The position numbers and the translations under genes were made by a program. Shown here piece after piece: positions 1-9,641 of a DNA stretch of 64,000 bases. How positions within the stretch are numbered: the stretch's first letter is position 1; every line of letters starts with the position of its first letter. The DNA lies in assembly GCA_037132075.1 (NCBI GenBank), contig JBAXPV010000012.1, positions 31,744-95,743 of the forward strand, in the 5' to 3' direction. The notes below the pieces were generated by a model. It searched no databases and was not told the DNA's origin. It saw nothing but the letters and a program-made list of their open reading frames with translations. Origin of the DNA: Bacteroidota bacterium (GTDB taxonomy: Bacteria; Bacteroidota; Bacteroidia; Bacteroidales; CAIXZF01).

Positions 1-2
1 TT

Positions 3-356
3 TATTCCCCAATCGGTATTTTTGATACTGAATGGTATAATACCGACTTCCACCCTGCCAGCACTGGATGGAGCTTGGGTATCGCAGAGAAAATTTACTT
101 TTCAGAAGACCATAGCGGTGTTTTTTGGCTGTTGAGCGCCAGGCACCTGCAATTCCAGGAAGCACAAACCAATGACTTTGCGATGGGTGGCGGCTACCAG
201 TTTGTGATTGGAAACCGTTTTGCTGTTGAATTAGGCGCTTCCATTGGAATTCGTTATCAAAAATCACTGAATTTGACCAGTCATATACTGGTCGATTACG
301 ATGACAAACTTATACCTATTGTACCTCTTACGATCAAGATCGGATATTTATATTAA
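3..356 (+). CDS. 3' end of a CDS continuing upstream of the window; hypothetical, possibly the C-terminus of an outer-membrane beta-barrel
   Basis: The frame of the 75..356 ORF stays open back to nt 3 (YSPIGIFDTEWYNTDFHPASTGW...). It shows an alternating hydrophobic pattern and an aromatic C-terminus (TIKIGYLY). Confidence 0.4.
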   Translation, partial: YSPIGIFDTEWYNTDFHPASTGWSLGIAEKIYFSEDHSGVFWLLSARHLQFQEAQTNDFAMGGGYQFVIGNRFAVELGASIGIRYQKSLNLTSHILVDYDDKLIPIVPLTIKIGYLY

Positions 357-365
357 ACTCATATT

Positions 366-1976
366 ATGAAAAAATTTCTATGTTCATTAATCATTGCAAG
401 TCTTTGTTTAACTGGCTTTGCGCAAACTCCATCCGTAAACTTCAAGATGGGCCCTGTAAAAAAAATAGGGATGTCAAACATGTTTACCTACACAGAGCCT
501 GTTGGCAAGACTGATAATAAATTCTATGGGATACTGATCCCAACGGCGAGTCTTATGACCAATGCCATTGGAAATAAAAAATACAGCCTTTTCTCACTGG
601 GGCAGGACCTTTCCACAGTGAAATATGAAATCATCCAGGATGAACAGGACAAAATGTCGACAGATTATGAATTCCTGCTAGAAATTAAGGGGACCCTTTA
701 CCTTTTTGTTTCTTTCCAGAATCAAAAAATTAAAAAAACGATTCTGCTTGCCAAGCCGGTGAATAAAAGGACTTTGCTCCCGGAAGGAAAACTGAAGCCG
801 GTGACTGAAGTTGATTACAGCCAGGCCAATAAATACAAAACCACCAGATTTTCATATGAATTCTCAGCCGATAGTTCAAAAATTATGATCTACCATGGCT
901 TATCCGACAAAGACGGCATGCTTCTGGGCTATGGGTTTGACCTATTGGATGAAAACCTTAAAACTATTTGGAATGATGATGCGCCACTTCCCATTAAAGA
1001 CAGGAAAGTATATGAACTTGAGCATTTTGCGGTAAGCAATAGCGGTGATATCCACATTTTGTGTAAAATTTATGACTCCAAAAAGAAATTTAACCATTCC
1101 ACAAAGTCAAAATTCAAATGGATTGATAAATCAGAAATTCAGGAAAGTGGTGTTTACGATTATACTTTATTCAGCATCAAAAATAAGGGAAAAGACAGAG
1201 TAGAGCATCCCCTGGAAATCAAGGATAAATTTATCCGGACCCTGGCAATTGGCTGTAATGACAAGAATGAAGCTCTTTGTGCCGGATTGTATTGTAACAA
1301 ACAAAGCCTGTGTGTGACTGGTTGTTGTTCCTTTATCCTGGCCGACAAGGCTGGTGCTGATCTGATTGCACACCATGCAGCTTTTGATGTGAATATGATT
1401 GCCAAAGGCCTCGACAAAGATGATGCTGCTGACTTAAAAGATGACATCAAATCCGGGGACGAATTCGAGGCTTATAATTATGAAGCAGAACCTATTATTT
1501 TGGGGAGTTCCGGAAATTTCTGGTTTGCCGGGGAACAACAAAAGAAGTTTATTAAATCCAATTCCAACGGAAAACAGATTACGACAACCTGGGAATACAT
1601 CCAGGAAGGCCTTTACCTCGTATGTTTTAAGCCAGACGGAAGTATCTCCTGGCAAAATAAATTGGCCAAATTTGAACATACTGCAGATTTATGGTTCATC
1701 TTCGGCTCTTACAAACTTCATATGCAGAATGATAACTTATTTGTTTTGTACAATAATTTTCCCAGAACTTCCGGCATCAAGAATCCAAAGAAAGCGGTGG
1801 CATACGTGGCTACTTACGACAAAGATGGCACTGAAACCATTAAAAAACTTGCGGATATTAAGCAATCTGCTGTGACACTAATTCCAAAATATGCCGGATA
1901 CTTTGACGAAAAAACGATGGTCGTGCTTGGATTTCATAATAGGAAATACCGGTTTATGACACTGAGTTTTGATTAG
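366..1976 (+). CDS. secreted hypothetical protein (536 aa)
   Basis: Long ORF with an N-terminal signal peptide (MKKFLCSLIIASLCLTGFAQ). No recognisable catalytic motif. Confidence 0.7.
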   Translation: MKKFLCSLIIASLCLTGFAQTPSVNFKMGPVKKIGMSNMFTYTEPVGKTDNKFYGILIPTASLMTNAIGNKKYSLFSLGQDLSTVKYEIIQDEQDKMSTDYEFLLEIKGTLYLFVSFQNQKIKKTILLAKPVNKRTLLPEGKLKPVTEVDYSQANKYKTTRFSYEFSADSSKIMIYHGLSDKDGMLLGYGFDLLDENLKTIWNDDAPLPIKDRKVYELEHFAVSNSGDIHILCKIYDSKKKFNHSTKSKFKWIDKSEIQESGVYDYTLFSIKNKGKDRVEHPLEIKDKFIRTLAIGCNDKNEALCAGLYCNKQSLCVTGCCSFILADKAGADLIAHHAAFDVNMIAKGLDKDDAADLKDDIKSGDEFEAYNYEAEPIILGSSGNFWFAGEQQKKFIKSNSNGKQITTTWEYIQEGLYLVCFKPDGSISWQNKLAKFEHTADLWFIFGSYKLHMQNDNLFVLYNNFPRTSGIKNPKKAVAYVATYDKDGTETIKKLADIKQSAVTLIPKYAGYFDEKTMVVLGFHNRKYRFMTLSFD

Positions 1977-2048
1977 AAGTATGCATATGTAAGGAAACCG
2001 GCCTTGCCTTTCGGTGAAGCGGGAGCAATACTACCTTTAAAAAATCGT

Positions 2049-2056
2049 TACCTTTG
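2049..2056 (+). promoter_or_regulatory. Bacteroidota-type -7 promoter box (TACCTTTG) upstream of dut
   Basis: Matches the TAnnTTTG consensus and lies 19 nt upstream of the dut ATG. Confidence 0.4.
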
Positions 2057-2074
2057 CGCGCCTAAAAAAGCCGC

Positions 2075-2509
2075 ATGAATATCAAGATTGTTAGTATATC
2101 CCCACATCCTTTACCTGCCTATGAAACACTTCATGCGGCGGGGATGGATCTGCGTGCCATGCTCGATTCGCCGGTAACGATCGGTCCTCTCGGTCGCGTC
2201 CTGATTCCAACAGGGCTGTTTATAGAACTTCCGGAAGGGACAGAAGCGCAAGTGAGGCCTCGAAGCGGCCTTGCTGCCAAATCGGGAATCACTGTTTTAA
2301 ATACCCCTGGGACTATTGATGCGGACTATAGAGGAGAAATCAAAGTTATCCTCGTTAACCTGTCCCAGGATGCTTTCACAATTCATGACGGCGATCGAAT
2401 CGCGCAAATGATCATCGCCAGGCACGAAAAAGCAGAATGGACCCAAGTTGATGAACTGCAGGAGACTTCGCGGGGAACCGGAGGATTCGGACATACTGGC
2501 AAATCTTAA
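2075..2509 (+). CDS. dut: dUTP diphosphatase
   Basis: 144 aa with dUTPase motifs [25 protein letters not shown] and GGFGHTG. Confidence 0.95.
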   Translation: MNIKIVSISPHPLPAYETLHAAGMDLRAMLDSPVTIGPLGRVLIPTGLFIELPEGTEAQVRPRSGLAAKSGITVLNTPGTIDADYRGEIKVILVNLSQDAFTIHDGDRIAQMIIARHEKAEWTQVDELQETSRGTGGFGHTGKS

Positions 2510-2536
2510 ATTGATTTATCTTTTTTAAAGAATTCT

Positions 2537-4285
2537 ATGACTCTTCGTAAATGCATTAATATATTTTCAATCCTTTTTTTGGGCTTTGTGGTCCTTCAGA
2601 TTCAAGGCTGCAAATCTTCCAAATCCACGACTTCCTCTGCGAATAAACAGGCAGAAAGCTATGCCCGGGAAAGGAAATTACATGAGGTCTTTATTGAGGC
2701 CAACAGAGCTAAAATCCTGGGCGACTTCGACAAAGCCATTAATTTGTTTAACCAGTCATTGGAAATAGATCCTAAAAATGCTGCCGCTTGTTTTGAATTG
2801 GCCGGGATCTATGAAACACAAGCCCACTACCGGGATGCTTTCAATATGGCTCAGAAAGCAGCCCAGCTGGACCAGACGAACATCTGGTACCTTTATTATT
2901 ATGCCCAGATGCTGGAAGATTCAAGACAGTATAACAAGGCAGTAGAGCAATACGAAAAACTACTTAAATTAAATCCCTCAAACCCTGAATATTTAGGCGC
3001 TGTGGCTGAAAACCTGCTTTTCGCCGGCCATTTCAGTGAAGCAATCAAAGCCTACGACAAGCTTGAACAACAAATTGGAATCGTTGAACAAGTCTCCTTG
3101 CAAAAACAAAAGATCTACCTGGAATTAAAAAAACCTGACAAAGCCGTTGAAGAAATAGAAAAATTGATTGCCCAGGATCCTCAAGAAACAAAGTATTATA
3201 CAGTGCTTGCGGAGACCTATTTGTTGGCCGGAAAAAAAGACGAGGCCCTTAAAACATACAGCAGGGCTGAACAGCAAAACCCAAATGATCCTTTTCTGCA
3301 GATCTCTTTGTCAGATTTTTACCGGAAGCAGGGAGAGAAAGCGAAATCAATAGAAATGCTTCTGAAAGCCTTTGCCAACCCTGGCATGAATGTCGACAGT
3401 AAAGTTCAGGTCTTGCTTGCTTTTTATAGCTACAGCGACAAGGACAGCACGATAAAAGGCCAGGCTTACCAACTACTGGATGAGTTAATCAGGTTATATC
3501 CCAATGAGGCCAAGGTGAATTCTATCCATGGCGACTTTCTTCTTCGTGACGAAAAATATCCTGAAGCCCGGGATGCCTTCAGAAAGGTTATTGCCGAGGA
3601 CAGCAGCCGTTTTCCGGTGTGGGAAGGCCTGCTGCGCGTCGAAGCCCAGCTGGAAGACAATAAAGCTCTTATTTCCGAATCAAAACGTGCATCTGAATTG
3701 TTTCCTGAACAACCCGGACCATGGTTCTTTGCTGGATTCGCTTATTACCAGACAAAAGACTACCTAAATGCCATCACAAGTTTCAAAAAAGCCGAAAAAC
3801 TCATCGTCGACAATGATGGCTTGCTTCGCGACCTCTACTCTTTTCTGGGAGACTCATACAACCAGGTAAAGGACAATAAATCCAGTGACGAATCTTATGA
3901 CAAATCTCTGAAAATAGACCCGAAGAACACCTATGTGCTGAACAACTATAGTTATTACCTTTCGCTTCGCGGGGAAAACCTTGAGAAAGCAGAAAAAATG
4001 GCAAAACTTGTCAATGATTTAAGCCCTGACAATGCATCATATTTAGATACATATGCATGGGTAATGTATAAATATAACAAGTTGGATGAGGCCGAAAAAC
4101 TAGTTCTGAAAGCTATTGAAAAAGGAGCTGACAAAAATGCAGTAATCCTGGAACATTATGGGGATATCCTTTATAAAAAGGGAGAAAAAGATAAGGCGGT
4201 ACAAATTTGGGAATCAGCCCTCAAAGCAGGTAAAGGATCTGAGTTTCTTGAAAAGAAAGTAAATGAAAAACACCTTGTTGAATAA
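2537..4285 (+). CDS. tetratricopeptide (TPR) repeat lipoprotein
   Basis: 582 aa with a signal/lipobox (LQIQGCKS) and many TPR-like units (A..YE.AL..DP.N...L.N.). Confidence 0.85.
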   Translation: MTLRKCINIFSILFLGFVVLQIQGCKSSKSTTSSANKQAESYARERKLHEVFIEANRAKILGDFDKAINLFNQSLEIDPKNAAACFELAGIYETQAHYRDAFNMAQKAAQLDQTNIWYLYYYAQMLEDSRQYNKAVEQYEKLLKLNPSNPEYLGAVAENLLFAGHFSEAIKAYDKLEQQIGIVEQVSLQKQKIYLELKKPDKAVEEIEKLIAQDPQETKYYTVLAETYLLAGKKDEALKTYSRAEQQNPNDPFLQISLSDFYRKQGEKAKSIEMLLKAFANPGMNVDSKVQVLLAFYSYSDKDSTIKGQAYQLLDELIRLYPNEAKVNSIHGDFLLRDEKYPEARDAFRKVIAEDSSRFPVWEGLLRVEAQLEDNKALISESKRASELFPEQPGPWFFAGFAYYQTKDYLNAITSFKKAEKLIVDNDGLLRDLYSFLGDSYNQVKDNKSSDESYDKSLKIDPKNTYVLNNYSYYLSLRGENLEKAEKMAKLVNDLSPDNASYLDTYAWVMYKYNKLDEAEKLVLKAIEKGADKNAVILEHYGDILYKKGEKDKAVQIWESALKAGKGSEFLEKKVNEKHLVE

Positions 4286-5105
4286 GAAACTGACCCTATT
4301 TTTCTCTGCCTTGGCATTCATGGCATTGATGGGTTCGTCGTGTAGCCCGGCCCGGAAGGTGATCAAACAACCGCTGAAAGATGAGGGGACTGAACATATT
4401 TTTCAACTTCTTAAAAATAATGAACTCCGTTATAGCTGGTATTCGGCAAAGTTCTCAGCGACCATGACTGTCGATAAAAAAGAAACTTCAATTAATGGCC
4501 AGCTAAGAATTCGTCGCGATAGTGCCATATGGGTTTCTTTTACAGCACTTGGCCTGGAAGCTGCACGAATCCTGATTACGATGGATTCGGTGAAGTTTCT
4601 GAACCGACTCAACAATACCTTCTTATGTGCTGATTATAGTTTTATTAATGACAACCTGAATTCTGGTTTTGACTTTGACATGCTTCAGGCATTGTTAGTA
4701 GGAAACGACCTCTCCTATTATGAGAACGACCAATTTAAAGGTAAAACAGATGGGCTTCTGTATCATTTAATGACTGTTGGGCGGCATAAGCTTCGGAAAT
4801 TCATACGTAACACTTCTGAAGAAAAAAAAATCCTCGTGCAAAGTCTCTGGCTTTCTCCTGAAACTGGGAAAATTACCGCAGTACACATGAAAGAACTGGG
4901 AAAAGACAACAAAAAATTAGAGGCTCAATATAAGACCTTTGAAGACCTGAATGGCCAGCGATGCCCTACGCAAATTGAAGTAAGCATCCAGGCAGAAAAA
5001 GAAATTCAAATTGAACTGAATTATTCAAGAATGAAACTTGATGAGCCCCTGTTGATGCCATTTTCTATTCCTTCAAGATACACGAGGATAGAGAAGAAAA
5101 AGTAA
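4263..5105 (+). CDS. DUF4292-like lipoprotein
   Basis: 280 aa with a lipobox (LMGSSCS). It overlaps the TPR gene end. The position between the TPR and M23 genes matches the conserved Bacteroidota synteny I recall. Confidence 0.6.
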   Translation: MKNTLLNKKLTLFFSALAFMALMGSSCSPARKVIKQPLKDEGTEHIFQLLKNNELRYSWYSAKFSATMTVDKKETSINGQLRIRRDSAIWVSFTALGLEAARILITMDSVKFLNRLNNTFLCADYSFINDNLNSGFDFDMLQALLVGNDLSYYENDQFKGKTDGLLYHLMTVGRHKLRKFIRNTSEEKKILVQSLWLSPETGKITAVHMKELGKDNKKLEAQYKTFEDLNGQRCPTQIEVSIQAEKEIQIELNYSRMKLDEPLLMPFSIPSRYTRIEKKK

Positions 5106-5182
5106 TTTTGAGATCATAGACCCAAGGACCCTTGCAGCATAAATACTCAAACATAAAGCTTATAATTCACAGGAAGATCCTG

Positions 5183-6400
5183 ATGACATTGTTGTTGTCA
5201 ATGGTCTTGTTTCTTAATGGTTCGGCACAATCGAATCAAAGAAGTAAGCTTGAAAAAAGTAAGAAAGACCTCGAAAACGAAATCTCTTATACCAACAAAC
5301 TGCTGAGTGAAACGAAGAAAAATCGACAACAGTCACTAAATAAAGTTGTCATTCTGAGTACTCAAATCCAGAAACGCGAAAAGCTGATCAGTACGATAAA
5401 CAATGAAGTCGATAATATTCACGGTGAAATCACAAACAACCAATTTAGCCTGGATAGACTTAAAAAGGAACTGGAAAGTTTAAAAAAAGAGTATGCCAGT
5501 ATGGTTTACCAGGCCTACAAAAACAGCAATGCATACAATCGCCTGATGTTCATTTTTGCTGCCAAAGATTTTAACCAGGCTTATCAACGACTTAAGTATT
5601 TCCAGCAATTCAGTGAATACAGAAAGACACAGATCAGGTTGATCATGGGAACACAACAGAAAATCAACAGTAAAATCGGGGAACTCACCGATCAGAAGAA
5701 TGAGAAACTGAGCCTGGTTGATGCCAAAGAAAAGGAAAAGGAAAAGCTAACACGCGAGAAAGACGAAAAAAGCCAAACTGTTGCACAACTAAAGCAAAAA
5801 GAAAAGGAATTAAGGAAGCAACTAAAAGACAAGGAACAGGCACTGAATAAGCTACAAGGCGCCATTGAATCATTGATCGCCCAGGAAATTAAAAAATCGA
5901 CTCCAAAACCCACTACGACCAATAGCAGTTCGGCAAAACCAGTTCAAAATACAAGCTATACGATGACGCCTGAAGAAAAAGAGCTTTCTTCCTCTTTTTC
6001 TGCAAACAAAGGACGATTGCCCTGGCCGACTGAAAAAGGGATTATCTCGCAAACATTTGGGGAGCATGAGCACCCGATACTTAAAGGGATTAAAACAAGG
6101 AATAACGGGGTAAATATCCTTACAAACTCTGGCTCAACGGTACGTTCAGTTTTTGGAGGAAGCGTTTCAGCCGTGATGTCTATCCCCAACCTGAATAAAG
6201 TTGTGATCATTCGTCATGGTGATTTCCTGAGTGTCTATTCAAACCTCGAAACTGTCAGCGTTAAAGCTGGTGATAAAGTAAAAACCAAACAATCCATCGG
6301 ATTAATACACACTGACCCTGATGAGTCAAAGACTGAACTTCATTTTGAGATCTGGCAAGAGAAAAAACTGATGGACCCATCGCTCTGGCTTTCACACTAA
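5183..6400 (+). CDS. M23 family peptidase / EnvC-like murein hydrolase activator
   Basis: Signal peptide from the ATG at 5183 (the ORF track starts at a TTG at 5132). A long coiled-coil region is followed by a C-terminal LytM/M23 domain (NNGVNI...VIIRHGDFLSVYSNL...ELHFEIW). Confidence 0.85.
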   Translation: MTLLLSMVLFLNGSAQSNQRSKLEKSKKDLENEISYTNKLLSETKKNRQQSLNKVVILSTQIQKREKLISTINNEVDNIHGEITNNQFSLDRLKKELESLKKEYASMVYQAYKNSNAYNRLMFIFAAKDFNQAYQRLKYFQQFSEYRKTQIRLIMGTQQKINSKIGELTDQKNEKLSLVDAKEKEKEKLTREKDEKSQTVAQLKQKEKELRKQLKDKEQALNKLQGAIESLIAQEIKKSTPKPTTTNSSSAKPVQNTSYTMTPEEKELSSSFSANKGRLPWPTEKGIISQTFGEHEHPILKGIKTRNNGVNILTNSGSTVRSVFGGSVSAVMSIPNLNKVVIIRHGDFLSVYSNLETVSVKAGDKVKTKQSIGLIHTDPDESKTELHFEIWQEKKLMDPSLWLSH

Positions 6401-6410
6401 ACTTCCCATT

Positions 6411-7016
6411 ATGATTGACCCCAAAGAAGCCCAAAACCATTTTCCAATACACCTCCTTCTGAAAAAACGCTGGAGTCCAAGGGCATTCTCTGACAAAACC
6501 ATAGAAACGGAGAAACTCCTTTCTGTTTTTGAGGCCGCACGCTGGAGTGCATCTGCAGCCAACCAGCAACCCTGGCGGTTTATCATCGGCCTCAAAGGTG
6601 AAGATTCCTGGCAAAAGATATTCGAAAGCCTTGATCATTACAACCAGGTATGGTGTCACATGCCTTTTGTTTTAGGGATAAGCTGCGGAAGAACTTTGCT
6701 TAATGATGATAAAGGCGCCAATCCATATTACGCATATGACACGGGGCAAAGTCTTGCCTCCCTGAGCATTCAGGCCACCGCAGAAGGCTTATTTGTGCAC
6801 CAGATGGGCGGTTTTAATAAAGAAAAAGTCCGGGAACATTTCGAAATTCCTGAGATCTTCGAGCCCTTGACTGCCTTTGCCATCGGCTATTTAGGAAATC
6901 CTTCCGACCTGGATGAACACAATCAGAAAAGGGAGACGCATAGCCGGGAAAGAACAGAAATCAAGGATTTGTTATTTTCAGGAAAATTTGGCCAGAAATC
7001 CGGTTTATTAAAATAG
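6411..7016 (+). CDS. nitroreductase family protein
   Basis: 201 aa with RWSPRAF, EAARWSASAANQQPWRF and other nitroreductase-fold motifs. Confidence 0.8.
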   Translation: MIDPKEAQNHFPIHLLLKKRWSPRAFSDKTIETEKLLSVFEAARWSASAANQQPWRFIIGLKGEDSWQKIFESLDHYNQVWCHMPFVLGISCGRTLLNDDKGANPYYAYDTGQSLASLSIQATAEGLFVHQMGGFNKEKVREHFEIPEIFEPLTAFAIGYLGNPSDLDEHNQKRETHSRERTEIKDLLFSGKFGQKSGLLK

Positions 7017-7022
7017 AAATTC

Positions 7023-8033
7023 ATGACAAGACCTATCGTTTCTAAATGGCTGCCTTTGCTGCTGATGTCTGCTGTTTTATTTTCCTGTGGAGAAAAAAAA
7101 GCAAAGACAGTTTCTTCTGAAACTGCCAAAGTAAGCCAGGGCATTCCGACACCTGATTTCAATGCTGACTCTGCCTATCATTATACAGACAAACAGGTAG
7201 GTTTCGGACCCAGGGTTCCCAATACTGAAGCCCATAACAAATGTGCAAGCTACCTGGTGAACAAACTAAAATCGTTTAAGTGGGAGGTTATCGTTCAGAA
7301 AGCCAAAGTGAGGACTTATGACAACTTTACTTTGAATATTCAGAATATTATTGGATCTATAAATCCCGATGCTGCTGATCGAATCCTTCTTTGTTCTCAT
7401 TGGGATTCGAGACCATATGCTGATGAAGATCCTGATCCGGCAAACCATAAAAAACCAGTACCTGCAGCCAACGATGGTGCCAGTGGTGTTGGGATTCTCC
7501 TGGAATTGGCAAGGCAGCTTACAATCAAAAATCCGGGAGTTGGTGTTGATGTAGTCTTCCTGGATGCTGAAGATTGGGGCGAGACCTCGCGTACCGGTGC
7601 TCAGAATGAAGACAGCTGGTGCCTGGGCACCCAATATTGGGCAAAGAACCCCCATAAGCTCAATTATAAGGCCCGATTTGGGATTTTGCTTGATATGGTA
7701 GGCGCAGAAGGCGCTACGTTCATGAAGGAGCAATCTTCATTAATTTATGCGCCGGATGTCGTGGCAAATGTTTGGTCAACAGCTGCACAACTCGGGTTCT
7801 CCAATTATTTTATTGATGAAAATGGCGGTGGGGTGACTGATGACCACATATATATTAACAGGATACTGAATATCCCTACCATTGATATTATTCATATGGA
7901 CCGCACAGGCCAGCACAGTTTTTTTGAATACTGGCATACCACCAAAGATGACATGAGTCATATCGATCCCAAGACGCTTGATGCAGTAGGGAAAACCTTG
8001 CTGGGAGTGGTGTATGGTATGAAAAATAGTTAG
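7023..8033 (+). CDS. M28 family peptidase / glutaminyl-peptide cyclotransferase-like
   Basis: 336 aa with a lipoprotein signal (LFSCG). M28 metal-ligand context is present (CSHWDSRPYAD, NDGASGVGILLELAR, FLDAEDWG, DDHIY). Confidence 0.75.
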   Translation: MTRPIVSKWLPLLLMSAVLFSCGEKKAKTVSSETAKVSQGIPTPDFNADSAYHYTDKQVGFGPRVPNTEAHNKCASYLVNKLKSFKWEVIVQKAKVRTYDNFTLNIQNIIGSINPDAADRILLCSHWDSRPYADEDPDPANHKKPVPAANDGASGVGILLELARQLTIKNPGVGVDVVFLDAEDWGETSRTGAQNEDSWCLGTQYWAKNPHKLNYKARFGILLDMVGAEGATFMKEQSSLIYAPDVVANVWSTAAQLGFSNYFIDENGGGVTDDHIYINRILNIPTIDIIHMDRTGQHSFFEYWHTTKDDMSHIDPKTLDAVGKTLLGVVYGMKNS

Positions 8034-8034
8034 G

Positions 8035-8071
8035 CCCCACCTATATCCTCCCCGAATCGGGGAGGGCTTGG
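8035..8071. repeat. GGGGAGG-palindrome repeat, copy 1 (CCCCACC..CCTCCCCGAATCGGGGAGG..)
   Basis: Perfect 7-bp stem CCTCCCC/GGGGAGG at 8047..8065. It lies directly after the stop of the M28 gene. Confidence 0.8.
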
Positions 8072-8132
8072 CTCCGACTAATCATTATTGCGAAAAAGAT
8101 TTCAAATTACTTTGAAATTCAGCGCAGGAGTA

Positions 8133-8170
8133 CCCCTTACCCTCCCCAATTTGGGGAGGGCAGGGTGGGG
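8133..8170. repeat. GGGGAGG-palindrome repeat, copy 2 (inverted relative to copy 1)
   Basis: CCCCTTACCCTCCCCAATTTGGGGAGGGCAGGGTGGGG, directly abutting the stop of the PhoH-like gene. Confidence 0.8.
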
Positions 8171-9505
8171 CTACAATAGCTCATTTGCCAGGTTTGCCAG
8201 CTCCGACCGCTCCCCTTTCTCTAACCTGATGTGTGCATAAATTGGATGAAACTTGATCTTGTCGATCAGGTAGGAGAGTCCATTGCTTTGTGAATCAAGG
8301 TATGGCGTATCAATTTGATAAATGTCGCCGGTGAAAATAATCTTGGTGTTTTCCCCTGCCCGGCTGATAATCGTTTTTACCTCATGAGGTGTCAGGTTCT
8401 GGGCCTCATCCACGATAAAGAAAACATTGGAAATGCTACGGCCACGGATATAGGCAAGAGGCTGTATGACCAGCTTTTCATGTTCCACTGCATCATTGAT
8501 ATTTTTATACTCTTTGTCTTTTTCTGAAAATTGGCTCTGGATAAATTTCAAATTGTCCCAAAGCGGTTGCATATAAGGATCCAGCTTTGACTTGATATCG
8601 CCAGGTAAAAAGCCGATGTCTTTATTGCTCAATGGAACAATAGGACGCGCCAGGAATATTTGTTTGTAGTTTCGCCTTTGTTCCAGGGCGCCAGCAAGGG
8701 CCAGCAAGGTCTTTCCTGTCCCTGCAACACCTTGCATCGTAACAAGCTTGACTTCAGGATTCATGATGGCATGAAGTGCAAAGATCTGCTCTGCATTCCT
8801 GGGCGTAATGCGGAAAGCATCATGTTTTTCTAACTTTTCAATCCTTTGTGTAATTGGATTAAAAAAAGTCAGTATTGACGTCTTGGTATTCTTTAAAATA
8901 TAATATTGATTTGGAATCGGGTTTTTCAAACCCAGGTCTTCAGGAGCACAACTCCCGTCAATATAAATCTGGTCTATGAAGGCTTTGGTTAATCCTTCTA
9001 TGATCGTCTTGCCGGTATAAAGTCCCTCAAGATCTTTAATTTTACCTGTCTCAAAGTCTTCTGCCGGGATATTTAAGGCTTTTGCTTTGAGTCGGAGGTT
9101 AATATCCTTGGTAACCAGGATTACCTTCCGGTCAGGATGTTCTTTGGTAAGCACTAAAGCTGCATTCAGGATTCTGTGATCAGGTTTGTTTTCGCCAAAA
9201 ACCACCTGGGCATCAAGCTCGCTTTTCTCATTCATGATCACCTTGAATTTCCCGGTCGCAGGCGACCCGATAGGAGCCCATTTTTGTAGGGTAAAACGCG
9301 GGGATAGCTTATCCATGATCCGGATAAACTCTCGGGCTTCGAAATTCTTAATATCATTGCCCTTTTTAAAGTTATCCAACTCCTCAAGTACTGTGATGGG
9401 AATAGCCACATCATTGTCCTGGAAACTTCTGATTGAGTTATGGTTATAAAGGATAACTGAGGTGTCGAGAACGAAAATCTTTTTCGTTGTTTTCTTTTTT
9501 ATCAT
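8171..9505 (-). CDS. PIN-domain / PhoH-like ATPase (YlaK-type)
   Basis: 444 aa. The N-terminus is PIN-like (FVLDTSVIL...VLEELD). The C-terminus is a PhoH ATPase (GVAGTGKT Walker A, FFIVDEAQN). Confidence 0.9.
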   Translation of the reverse strand: MIKKKTTKKIFVLDTSVILYNHNSIRSFQDNDVAIPITVLEELDNFKKGNDIKNFEAREFIRIMDKLSPRFTLQKWAPIGSPATGKFKVIMNEKSELDAQVVFGENKPDHRILNAALVLTKEHPDRKVILVTKDINLRLKAKALNIPAEDFETGKIKDLEGLYTGKTIIEGLTKAFIDQIYIDGSCAPEDLGLKNPIPNQYYILKNTKTSILTFFNPITQRIEKLEKHDAFRITPRNAEQIFALHAIMNPEVKLVTMQGVAGTGKTLLALAGALEQRRNYKQIFLARPIVPLSNKDIGFLPGDIKSKLDPYMQPLWDNLKFIQSQFSEKDKEYKNINDAVEHEKLVIQPLAYIRGRSISNVFFIVDEAQNLTPHEVKTIISRAGENTKIIFTGDIYQIDTPYLDSQSNGLSYLIDKIKFHPIYAHIRLEKGERSELANLANELL

Positions 9506-9641
9506 GCGATGACCTTATATATACAAACCTAATACAATCTGAATCAAATATGGGAAAAACATGTCATAGTTCTCAACCGTTCCCTGTCAATAACAACGCT
9601 GCTAGCCGAAAATTGTTGATCTTTGACGAAATATAAATATT

